Assembly: GCA_050273025.1 (NCBI GenBank)
Contig: CP158636.1
Coordinates: forward strand, 12,276,001 to 12,340,000
DNA from: Cenococcum geophilum
Taxonomy: Eukaryota
Reading direction: 5' to 3'
Length of the DNA stretch: 64,000 nucleotides
Under the pieces are notes generated by a model, which was not told the DNA's origin, searched no databases, and saw only the letters and a program-made list of their open reading frames with translations. A program made the translations under genes and the position numbers. This document shows, in pieces, positions 37,401-49,200 of this stretch (positions are counted from its first letter, which is position 1; every line of letters starts with the position of its first letter).

Positions 37401-40391
37401 AGCTCTATAAGCGTATATAACTTATCTATAAGGAAATATCTCTTCATTACTATATTATTATAACCCTTAGTGTGTTATTCTGCGAATCTAGTTAGAATTT
37501 CTATATCCTCTTCTTATCCCAGTTCGTTTAACTATTTAGCTCTTAGCGTTCCTACCCTTAGCCTATTTATAACTTTTTATATAGGTGCTTTATCCCTTAT
37601 ATATCCTAGCGTACTAGATCTTATATCTAGTTTCTACTCTTATTATGCTATAATTCTTACTCTAAATTCTTTTATAGTTTTTTAATGCTTATATCTTATA
37701 GCTAGATCCTTAAAGTCTTCTTACTTCTTAATCGTAGTATTAACTTTTTAATCTTTAGGCTGAACACTGCGTTCTTCTAGAATTGTTATAGACCTTATTC
37801 GTTCTTCAAAATCTTAGCTCCCTAGAAATCTTTATCCCTAGCTTATTAATTTATTTCTAAACTAAGCCGCTGCTCTGTTTTATTGGGTTTCGTTTATTAT
37901 AGGTCCTTAAGCGTGCCTTATCTTATCTTAAGAATCTTAGTTATCTCTTATCTCGTTTTAAGAATCTTAAGCCTATAGCCTTTTACCTTTATTAAGTAGT
38001 AAGCTAGCGCTAGCTTCTATCTTAAGCTTGCTTAATCCTATATAGATACTACTCCTTCCGTCTTATAAAGCGATAGATATTATATCTAACGAAGTTTTAA
38101 TCCCCGCTACTGTCTTAGTTTTTATAGTTAATTTAATCTCTACTTCTAATATAACTTCTCTAAGGTCTATATGTTTCTAGTAAACCGCCCTTATTACCTT
38201 GTCGTTAGTAAACGTTTCGCCTATATTAAATTTATCGTCCTTAATGTCCGGCTTATGTGTTAGTTTATTAGTTCCGCTAAGTCCTCTTAACTCTAGCGCT
38301 TATAGCCAATAGCTTATGCTATACTTAGCGTCCTTATAAATTGGGTATGCGTTATTATAATAAAATGTAAAACTTCTAATTAAATATTCTTTTATTTTTC
38401 GCAGTACACTATCGTCTCTATATATATATATATCTTTTACTAGTTTAGTTCCCTTTACCGCATAGTATCTCTAACTATCTTTATAGTCTCTAGTAAAATA
38501 ACCCTATTTCCCGCAATTTATATAAGCTCCGTTTTTAAACCATTTATTCTGCTATAGAGTCCACTTAAACATCTTCTTCTACTAAAATTCTTGGTTTGGC
38601 CTATACTTTATAGTCCTATAATTACTTAATCCTTAACCTCTAGGTTTCTATAGTTGTTTCTATTTTTTAGATTCTTTAGTACCACTTAAGTCTATTAGCT
38701 CCGGCCCATTCCATAGTTTTTAACTCTATATTAGTCGTTGTATGCTTTACGCCTTATATAACTATAAAACTTTATCTTACCCCTTCTTAGCTAGTTTCCG
38801 TTAGTAGATCTTATTGTCGATCTTTATTGCTTAATCTATTAACTCTTATAAGGTATCCGTATCTTCTATTAGGATAATTGCGTCCTATACTTTTACTTTA
38901 AGCCCTTACTTATACTATACCATAAGCGCCTTATTATTCCATTTAACCTATATTATAAGCGTTTAAAACTATATTATATACTTAATTGCTAAAGCCCTTT
39001 ATAGTAAGTTCTGTAACTTTTTTTCGCTATAGTTATTGCCTCTAGGTCTCCGAATATCTATATTAGCTATTCCGCGAACCCTTCCTAACTAAAGAATATA
39101 AACCGCACTTCCTAATTAGTGGTGTTTATGCTATTAGCTTATATCTCTATAAGGTATAACTTAAACTACTCTAGCGCTCGTTCTGTTAGGAATAGTCCTA
39201 TATACACTATTTAGTCTATAGATATTAGTAGCTTTACTGCCTTTTACGTAACCTTAAAATGCATCTATATTAGAAATCCCTTAAGCTTTAACTTCTTACC
39301 TAAGAATCTCTTAATTAATAGTAACTTAATCCTTGCTACTCTAACCGCATTAAGTCTTTCTTTAAGTATCTTATTATTATTGTTTAATTAATTAACTATT
39401 TCCTGTAACTGTTTAACCGTAACTAGTTGCGAATTAATATCTTCTATACTTATATCTCTACTCGTCCTTAAGGTAGTTACTGCTATTAATAGCGTTATAA
39501 CTACTGCTTTTAGTAGCATGTTATTTAACTCTCTTTTATTAATACTATAACTAGGTAGTAAATATATAACAAAGCCTTATAGTAGGAACTACAGTAGACT
39601 TGTTAGTGGGCTAGGTATATAGGTAAAGAATAATAGTTAACAACTTTAAATATAACTGGTAGAGTAGTTGCCTAATAGATTAACTCTAATTGTATTCTAA
39701 GATTTACTATAAGGAAAGGAACTATCTAGGTAGGGACTATAGTCCTTTAAATATACATATATACTCCTAAGAAAGTTATTACTCTATCTGCTCTATTTGC
39801 TCTATTTGCTCTATAATAGATCTTATAGATCTTATAGATTATATAGATTACATTATGTAACTCTCTTACTATTCCTCGTTATATGGTTCTATAGGCTCCA
39901 TTCTGAACCGTGCTTGTATTAACCAACTAGCTTCCTCCGACTCCTCTCTAAGTAGTTATAATATCGTACTTAAAGCGTCCGTAACAGTCTCTACTAGCGC
40001 CTAAAGGGCGAAGACTTTCTCTTACTCCAAATATAGGAATTATAGGCTATTTATTATACCCTTAAAGGAATTCTTAATGTAATATATACTTTAGTACGTG
40101 TTATAACGCAGGTATTTTGCCGGCGTAGTGTATACTAATAGTACTTATAGGCTAATATGCCTCCTATTATAAGGGATAAGGAGGAGAATAAGAATAAGGA
40201 TACGGGTAAGGATAATAAGGAGGGAGAGAAGGATATAGAGGGAAAGGAAGAGAAAGAAGAGAAAGGAGGGAAGGAAAGGGAGAATTTAATAAAGCTGTAG
40301 ACTATCTATATTTTTATTAGCGTACTACCATTACTCCGCCGTTATTCCGTTGTCGCCCTATTAGTAAGGCGTAATTATAGTTATAATTTAA

Positions 40392-41790
40392 TTATTCTAG
40401 TCCTTTTACCTACTTTCTTTTCTATTTACCCCTTAGGGTAAAGTAATTATTATACGTCTCCTTTACGTCCTTATTAATGTCCTCTACTAAAACCTATTTA
40501 TTATATTCTTTTAGCTAGCCTTTTTACTTAACTAGGTACTATAGGGTCTAGTTACGTCCCTTTCTTCTATATACTTCTTCTACCTTATATTAATCCTTTT
40601 AGTCCTTTTAATTGTCTAGCTTAATAGGCCCTAGTAGAGGGTCTTTAGTAGTGCCCTTATATTATTTATATGGCTTTAGTAAGCTAATATAGAACATTAG
40701 GTAGATATAGTAAAACGTAGGTAAATATAGCTAGTATACTTACTTTCTAACTAGTTTGGCTATACTAAAAGGTCTAATAAAGCGTGCTATAAGCTTCTTA
40801 CTTAGCCTCTTTAGTTTAAGGTTTTTAGTTAATAGTAAGACTAGATCCCCTACTTTATATACCTATAGTTAGTAACAATAATTATAGTATTTTGCCTGCG
40901 CTTCGGCAGCGTATTTCTAGCATTTAGCTAGCGCTTTATATTTAAGGGATATTCTTTTAATCCTTTTTAAGGCGGCTAGAATAGAATTACTATTATCCGC
41001 CTTAACCTTATATTTTAGACGTAGATAAAACTTATAGTAGGTATAAAACGGGCTTACACCTGTTATACTATATTTAGCATTATTATAAGCGAATTTAACT
41101 AGTAATAAGAGGCCTACCTAGTTACTTTACTTTTCGTTATAGAATATACGGAGGTAATATTTTAGGGTTTAGTTCTACCGTTCTATTTACCCATTCGTTT
41201 ATAAATAAAAGGCCGTACTTAGCCTACGTTTTATCTTTATAGTAAAGTATAGCTCTAACCAGAACTTACTAGTAAAGATACTGCCGTAATTAGATATAAT
41301 CCCCCTAGGGGCTCTAAAACGGCGTACTACTTTATTAAAGAAGAGATCCGCAAGTTCGGTTATAGTAATAGTTTTTACTATAGGTAGATATAAGGCCATT
41401 TTAGTATAGCGGTTAACTATTATATATATTGCGTTATATACCTTATCGCCTTATTTACTAGGCGGTAGGCCTTTAATAAAGTTCATTATAATCTTCTGCT
41501 ACAGCTGGTCTAGGTAAGGCAGCGCTTAAAGCTCGCCATAAGGGCGATATTAAGGCGCATATATACGCTGGCATAAATTATAGGTAGAGATATAGCTTAT
41601 AACGTCCGCATTTATATTAGGCTAGTAGTACTTACGCAAGAGTAGATCGAGGGTCTTTTTCTTACTAAAATGGCTAGCTAGGGTATTGTTATAGTGGATT
41701 TATAGGAGTTTTATATAAATTACTAGGTCTAGGGGAATATATAGCCTCCTATAGTAACAAAGTAGTCTAGCGGAATTAAACTACCACACT
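40392..41790 (-). pseudogene. G2 integrase plus chromodomain remnant
   Basis: De-RIPed HDNTLAGHFGKKKTLDLLLRKYYWP...CDLCQR. ORF-track 41199..41399 is rve core. Chromodomain YEVEEV...QYLVKWKGWPKEYNEWV at ~40490-40590. Confidence 0.88.
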
Positions 41791-42750
41791 AGCTTTAAGC
41801 GGGCGCGTTAATAGCGTCTTGCCGTATCTACGCTATTACTGCGCTTTTATTGCGGCGTACCTATTACTTCTAGCCTATAGGGCGCTTACGCTTTTCTAGT
41901 TTTTCTTTAATAGAGCAGCTAGGGAGACTAGCTAATCTTAAGTTTATAGAAATTCCTAATAGTTAGTAATAGTAAGCCGTAGCTTTAGCCGTAGCTTTAG
42001 CCGTAGCTTCGCGAATAGGTATATTATTAGATGCTTTATATTATAAGGAGGTTAGGTAAGTAGTAAACTCATTTATAGGTTAATCGGTTTGCTGTATTGC
42101 CCTTATATATATTAGGGCTATATAAAGTTCTTAATTAATAGGACTTTTAATTTAATTAAGTAAGAATTATATAAGCTCCTCCTAGGTAAACTATGTGTTT
42201 AGGTAGTTATCCTCGTACTATAGCTAAAGGGTTTAGTTAGTCCCCTTTATATATTATATAGTAAATGCGACTTTAGTATCTTTATCCGCGAAGGCGTTAG
42301 ACTCTAGGCAGAATACTAGCTTTAAGCTATCGCGAAAGTCTTAGTACTCTTATATACTTTTACTATAATATAAAGCAATCTTCTTTATTTTAACGGCCCA
42401 TTTTAACAGAGCGCCTATTATATTAGTAGCCTTCCGCTTAAGGTTTAGATGCCTTAAGCTACCCTTTAAGTACTCTAATAGGATATTCTAAGGTAGTAGA
42501 TTTAGGTTAGAAGCGGGAGTTAATATTACCTTACCGTATTAACGCCATCTTAGCATTTCTACCTCTTCCCTAAGTAATTATAGTTTTCCTTACTCTAGGA
42601 GTTATAGCTTCTTATTCTCTAGCCGTTATACTTCTTTCTATATAATATCCTTACCTATAGCTTCTAGTTTTATCTAGGATATAAGTCCGCCTATATTGTC
42701 TTAGAGCTAATCCCCAGACCTAGTACTACGTACTACGCTAGCATTACGCC
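41790..42750 (-). pseudogene. G2 gag remnant
   Basis: De-RIPed FADKDTKVAFTIQYMKG...FTWEELMQFLLDQIESPINR...QPVNEFAAYL...KLRPELR. A 12-bp unit AGCCGTAGCTTT is triplicated at ~41975-42010. Start position approximate. Confidence 0.68.
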
Positions 42751-42899
42751 CGTGTCTCGCTATTAGGTTAATAAACTGCAATATAGTTAATAAATATAGG
42801 TCGTCTTTTTAATAGAGGGCTGTTGCTATATAGTCGCAGCCTTAGTAGACCGCTATATTACTAGGCCGCTACCCCTAAAAAGGGAAAAGAATTTAAAAC

Positions 42900-43095
42900 T
42901 ATTAGGGCGCTAAGGCCCTAAGGGTATATAGTAATATAACAATAGTAGCGTGATATAAGAAGTATCTGGTTCTTAATAAAGTAGAACTATAGAACTAAAT
43001 TCTGCTATTCTCTAATATGGGGCGACTACGTTTTATAGGCGCCTCGCCTACGCCTCGCCTGCGCTAAGCTAGTTACGGCTAGTGCGTCTTTATAG
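42900..43095 (-). repeat. G2 5' LTR (outer ~7 bp missing)
   Basis: Aligns with 4982-5177, then abruptly changes to unrelated sequence. Confidence 0.87.
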
Positions 43096-43260
43096 TATAT
43101 TGTTAGCTTAGTTACTTAGTTAATATATATATAGAGTAGAATAGGATTTAAGTAGTAGTCCTAGCGGGGCTAGTAGGAATTAGTAGAACTTAGTAGAATA
43201 TAATAAAATATAGTAAATTGCCGTTAGATTACTATCTTATAGTCAGTTTCTCGTTACTAA

Positions 43261-46200
43261 TGTAACGGAACCTTGTAGTAGGAACTACAATAGGTTCTGT
43301 CAATAGGCTAGGTGTGTAGGAAATGTAAAGATAGTAGTTAACAACGTAATAATAACTAGTAGAGTGGTTGCCTAATAGATTAACTCTAATTATATTCTGA
43401 GAATTACTATAAGGAAGGAACTATCTAGGTAGGGACTAAGGGTCCTTAAATACACAGCCGTACTCCTATAAAATCCTTCTTATACATAATGTACGTCTTA
43501 TTTATATTAAACGTAACGTTCCCTACATTTAATGCAGACAACACGTCCAACCATTATATGACTTACTTACTATTCTTTATTATATGGTTCTATGGGTTCT
43601 ATCCTAGTCCGTGCCTATATTAACTAACTAGCTTCTTCTAACTCTTCTCTAAGTAGTTGTAATATTATACTTAAAGCGTCCGTAACACCATCTCCCTCCT
43701 CTCTATTTTTGTCCTTAAAGATACCTAATATCTCTAGGTTATTTACTAGAGGTATAATATCCGTCTAATTAATTTAGTTAATATTATTGCTTATTATACC
43801 TAAAGCAATTTCTTCTCTCTTTTGGGTTAAGTGTCGCCTTCACACCGTTTCCTTAATACTATTACTAGGTAAAGTAATGGCGATTCCTTGCTCTTATTAT
43901 GCGAAAGAGGGGTTAAGTTACATTATAATTGCGAGTCCCTTTAGTTACCAACCTTCCTTTTATTCCAAATGCACTTACGCTAATATACGTTTATTATATA
44001 ACGTTTGTTCTATATCTAATGTTAAATATACGCGTCCTATTACTCTTAATAGTTTTTAAGTTCCCTAAGTAATTTATTATAGGGTTTTATGTTTAATCTA
44101 CTGCTGTAAAGCTTAATAGTAAGCTAGCCTCTGTGCTGCTTAAGGTCTAGCGTGCCTTAGAAGAGTCCGCATGTGTCCTTAAAGCTTAGCGTCTAGCTTA
44201 CGCTCGTCTTTAGCGTTTAGAACGTATTCGTAAGAAAGTTCGTTTAAAGAAGTGGAAACTTGTTTAATAAGGTCTTTAGGAACTAGGTAATAAGAGAACT
44301 AACTTTTCTCCTATAGTAAGGGGAATAACTCTAAATAGTTTGGCAGTCGCTCTTCCTAGGTCCCCCTTAGGTAACTTATTCTTTAACAATCCTTCTTTAT
44401 TAATGTTGCCTAACCTATTTCCTTTTAATACTCCTATACCTTTCCTATAATGTTTTTTAAATTCTCTAGTAGCTCCTAGGTAGTCTTAGTATAGCCTATC
44501 TACTTAACCTTATACTATATTTTGTTATTAATGTCCTTATAACTAATAATCTTTAAAACTTACTATTTATCTTCTTCCTAACCTCTATACGTGTTTGCCT
44601 TATAAACTAGTAGCTTAATATTCCTATATACTAGCTCTAGCATTGCGATATACTATATAGGGTAGATCTTTATTTTAGCTAGTAGGTTTAACTTAAATGT
44701 GACCGGCGAAATCCTCTATATAATTTTGAAAGGTCCTAGTTTAATATAGTCTAACTTCTTACTTAGTCGTCGACTTTTGAAATTTTTGTGTAGTAGCTAT
44801 ACTTTATCTCCCTCCTTAAGATCTGGTCCCTCAGATCTCTTAGCATTGTAGTACTTTTTCATTCTTTACTGTACTGTCTTAGCTGTTTCCGTAAGGTTTG
44901 CATAAAGATTTATTAAAGTCTTTATTCTTTACTTAGCTTTACTACTTATTTTCTTTACTTAACGTAGCGATAATAATGTTCTTGGCTTATACCTGTAGTT
45001 CGCCTTAAATAGTAATATACCTATTCCTTCTTATGGTATTGCATTGTATGTAAACTATATAACTAGTAATAGCGATACCTAATTATTCTATGCGTAATTA
45101 ATATAATGCCTTAGATACTGCTCTAGTGTCTAGTTTAATCTTTCTATTTAACCGTCTATCTGCGGATAATATGCAGTAGAAGTTGCTACTTAAACTTCTT
45201 ATTCCGCCAAGAATACCTTCTAGAATACTGCTATAAATCTTAAATCTCTATCCGATATAATTTTACTTAGTGCTCTATATCTTGCGAATACTTCTTTAAT
45301 ATAGATTCTAGCGACATCTTCCGCTAAGATTTCTTCTGTATAGGCTATAAAGTATCCCTACTTTGTAAGCTTATCTATTATTACTAAGATCGCGTTATAA
45401 TCTTGTCCGGTAATAGGATCTTTTAACTTTAGTAACTTAATAATAAAGTCCCATAATATAACCTCCTATAGTCTCTTTGATATTTTAATAGGTTATAGCC
45501 CTCTATACGGCTTATATTTTATTAGTTTATTCCTTTAGCAATCTAGATATTCTCTAGTAACCCTTCTAGCTATTCTCTAGATTCTGTTAATAATATACTC
45601 TTTTTAGAGTCTTAACACTAAGCCTATAGCTCCATTGTGTCCTTAAGTTAGTCCCTTATAGAAGTCCTTTATAAACTACTCTACTATACTTCTTAGGATA
45701 TACTTTGCTTTTTAATTTTCGTATATATCTAACTATAGATCTTCTAGTTATGCTTCTAGAATTCTTTATACTTAAAAGCTTTCTAATATTTTATAGACTT
45801 TTCCTAACTTATCCTCTTAAGTTGCTATAATTTTTAGATAATTGTACCTAATTAGTCCATCTATATCTTTTTGTAGTAAAGCCCCTAATGGCTTATTGTT
45901 ATTTTATAGTTTAGCCTTTTAACTTAACGTATTAGCTTGCGTATTGTCTGTACCCTTAATATGCTAAATCTTAAAATGATATTCCGTAAGCATCTCTGCC
46001 TATCTAACCTGTCTTTAGTTAAGTTTCTTTGTTATTAAGAATCCTATTAGGTTCTTATAATCCGTTTTAACTATAAATAGTTTTTCTATGCCTTGTAAGA
46101 ATACTCTTTATTTCTTTAGTGCTATAACTATACCTAATAACTCCTTATTATAGATGTTATAGTTTAACTCTAGTGGTGTTATCTTCTAACTATAATATGC

Positions 46201-49200
46201 TACTGGATGCTATCTATCTAGATGCCTTTGTATAAAATATACTCCTAGTATAAAGTCTAATGCATCTATTTTTATAACTATCTCTAGTTTTAGTTAATAA
46301 ATCTTAAGAACTGGCTCCTAGGTAAATAACCCTTTGACTTTTTTAAAGAGTTCTTACTATTCCTCTCCCTATACCCATAGTTCTTCTTTCTTTATTAATT
46401 GTATAAATAGTTTAATATCCTTTAACTATTACGCTATAAACCTTCTATAGTAATTGTAAAACCCTAGAAATAATCTTAACTGTATAACGTTCTCTGGTTC
46501 TTGCTAATTTACTATAGCCTTAATCTTCTTTAGATCTATACTGAGTTGGCCTAGTTTAATAATAAATCTAATGAAATTGGTCTTCCTAGTAAAAAACTCG
46601 CATTTCTTAATTGCTACTGGCATTTGTTCTTCCTATAGTCTCTTTAAGACCTATTTAACGTGTTCTCCATACTCTTCCTCGTTTATTAAGTAGATAATAA
46701 TATTATTAAGGTATACCATAACAAATTTATCTAAATGTTCTCCTAATATATTGTTAATACGCTTTTAGAATGTTGCTGGTGCGTTTATAAGCCCGAATTG
46801 TATAACTAATGGTTTATATAGTTCTTCCTTTAACCTAAAGGCTGCCTTTTATTTGTTGCCTTCCTTAATTCTAATCTAATGGTACGCCTATCTTAGATCT
46901 ATCTTCGTAAAGATTTACATATTGCCTATCCTATCTTAGATCTTGCTAATTAAGGGTAAAGGATACCTATCCTTCCTAGTAATGCTATTTAACTATCTAT
47001 AGTTAATACATAGCCTTAGTTTACTATTCTTTTTTGGTATAAATAGTACTAGATAACCCGCTAATGACTATGATGGTCTAATATATCCCTTTTGTAAGTT
47101 TTCTTAGATAAACTCTTTTAATGCTCTACCTTCTTCTTTAGTAAGCTTATAGATTGGAAAGAACCTTAGACTTATTTCTAGTTCCAATTCTATTTTATAG
47201 TCCCACGCTATATACTTTAACAGCTTTTTACTCTTAGGTGACTATAGTTTCTTGCCATATTTATAGTATTTTTTTGGTATATGGCTTAGTCCTTTTTTTA
47301 TTTCTTTATAGGTCGCTCCTACTTAGTACTATACCAACTTAGTTTATTATTGTATTTTGCGTCGTCGTATATCTCTAATATCGACCTAACCTATAACCTA
47401 ATTAATCTTTAGATTATATTCCTATAACTAAGGTATTTCTAATACTGCCTTATTATTCCCTAATGGTAATATATTAAAAGACATTTTAATTTATCTTTCT
47501 TTAATAGTTAGCTGAATAGGTTCTATTTTAAGATTAATGATGCCTCCTCTATAGGCTATCGGATTTCCTAAAATTATCACTAATAGATAAAGATATTCCT
47601 TCTGTCTGTGTAGTAACCCTATTCTTTTAACTGCTGCTAGCGAGATATAGTTTCTTATTGCTCTACTATCTATTAATGCCTTAAACTGTTGATCTTGCTA
47701 TTTAACTTGTAAATTTAGGTATTATCCTTAAATTCCTTTAAGGGTCTGAGGCTCTATTACTGGCTCCCTCTGGTCTTATAGGCCTTTACTTTTCCTAACT
47801 ACTAGCTGCTAGATCCTGTTTGTACTTAGTCTAACTTAGGCCAATACTTAGTTCGTTTTTTGTCTTTAATATACCATAGATAGGTATTTTCTAGACATTC
47901 CCACTATTATTATCCATCTAGGCATTCTTCTATAAGGAATTTTCCTGGTTAAAGTATTAAGTCCCCTTATTCTTAAACTTCTACTAGGTGCCAACTATGT
48001 ATATACTTAGCATTTCGATACTTTGCCTTATCTGTCATCTAATACATCCTTATTAGATACTTTTAATTTTTATCCTTTAGTGCTTTATATATATTACACG
48101 TATTATCTACGTATACTATCTACAATAGTGTATAATATGCTTAATGTCTTAGGTCAACTCTTGGTTCGTCTTTGTCCTAGAGTTTAAACCTTTCTTGTGT
48201 TAATCTAAGCGTTACGACTTCGTTCGCAGGTACTAAGATACGCCTTTCGCTTCTCTAGTCCACTAATTGCTTCTCTAGATCCTTTAATATTATAATTAAG
48301 GCCCCCTTAATATAAGTTATAGCCTTTTCTGTAATTAGGTGGTCTTGGACAACTTTTTCGTCCAACTATATATAAAAATCTTCCCACTTATCGTTGTGTC
48401 GTTGCCTATACTACTTTTGGTATAGCTGCTTAAGTGTATACAGCTCGTTCGTAAGGAAATATCTCTTCATTGCTGCGTCGTGATAGCCTTTAGTATGTTG
48501 TTTTTCAAACCTAGTAGGAATCCCTAAATCCTCTTCTTGTTCTAGTTCGGTAAGCCACTTAGCTCTTAGTGTGCCTATTCTAGGCCTATTAGTAATTCTT
48601 TGTACCAGTGCTCTATCCTTTATACGTCCCAATGTGCTAGATCTCTTATCTAGTTTTTGTTCTTGCTATAAGGTAATTCTTACCCTAAATTCCTCTATGG
48701 TTTCCTTTACGTCGCGTCTTACAAGTAGATCTTTAAAGTCTTTGTACTTCTTAATCTTAGTATTAACTTTTCGATCTTTAGGCCGAATACTATGTTCCCC
48801 TAGTAAGTCTTCTAGGTCTATATATCTGTCTTCTAATCTAATTGCTGTTTGCGCTATAGATTCCCGGATCTATAAAGAAGCTCCTTACCTCTTACTTATA
48901 AGTATTTTAATTTATACTCCGAATTCTTAACCCCTTAGATTCTTTAATCCTAAGCTTACTTCTAACTTAAGCTTAGCTCTAGCCTTAGTTTAACTAGGCT
49001 TTACTAGTATCCTCGTTTTATCTTAAGAGTCCTAGATCTCACTTATCTCTTCTTAAGAATCTTATGCCGTTAGGAATTCTTGTCCCAAGCTTATTTATAT
49101 GTCTTTAAACTAAGCTGCTGCTCTACTCTATCGGTTTTTGTCCGTTATAGGTCTTTAAGCTTACCTTATCTCGTCTTAAAAATCTTAGTCGTCTCTTATC

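Larger units (their letters stand above)
18181..39986 (-). mobile_element. Gypsy G1-c (interrupted by Copia-1b)
   Basis: LTRs 18181-18603 and 39565-39986. Perfect TSD GTCTC (18176-18180 / 39987-39991). gag ATG at 39519; pol split at 19988/34063 and ending at ~19320. Confidence 0.94.
5537..40300 (+). pseudogene. G2 antisense accessory gene, 4 exons, ~214 aa, Zn2Cys6-like motif plus acidic tail; split by two G1 insertions
   Basis: Exons 5537-5570+17729-17742 (48 nt), 17789-17956 (168), 18004-18180+39992-40093 (279) and 40151-40300 (150). All are multiples of 3. Introns 17743-17788, 17957-18003 and 40094-40150 have (G>A)TAAGT/GTAAGT/GTACGT donors, CTAAC/CTAAT branch sites and TAG acceptors. Confidence 0.72.
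4982..43095 (-). mobile_element. Chromodomain Ty3/Gypsy element G2, internally deleted; own sequence 4982-5570, 17729-18180 and 39992-43095 (~4.1 kb)
   Basis: Matching LTRs at 4982 and 42900. PPT complement (CCTCCCCCTTCT) follows the left LTR. gag, integrase and chromodomain lie on the minus strand. The pieces rejoin across TSD-flanked insertions. No TSD recoverable for G2 itself because the right LTR lacks its last ~7 bp. Confidence 0.85.

Noticed and set aside
40170..40290. Purine-rich stretch as a simple microsatellite or PPT
   Set aside because: It is better explained as RIPed GAG/GAA/GAT codons of the acidic tail in exon 4 of the G2 antisense gene.
43096..43130. Left terminal inverted repeat of the pogo element ending at ~52563
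   Set aside because: It does not match the reverse complement of 52525-52563, even allowing for RIP.
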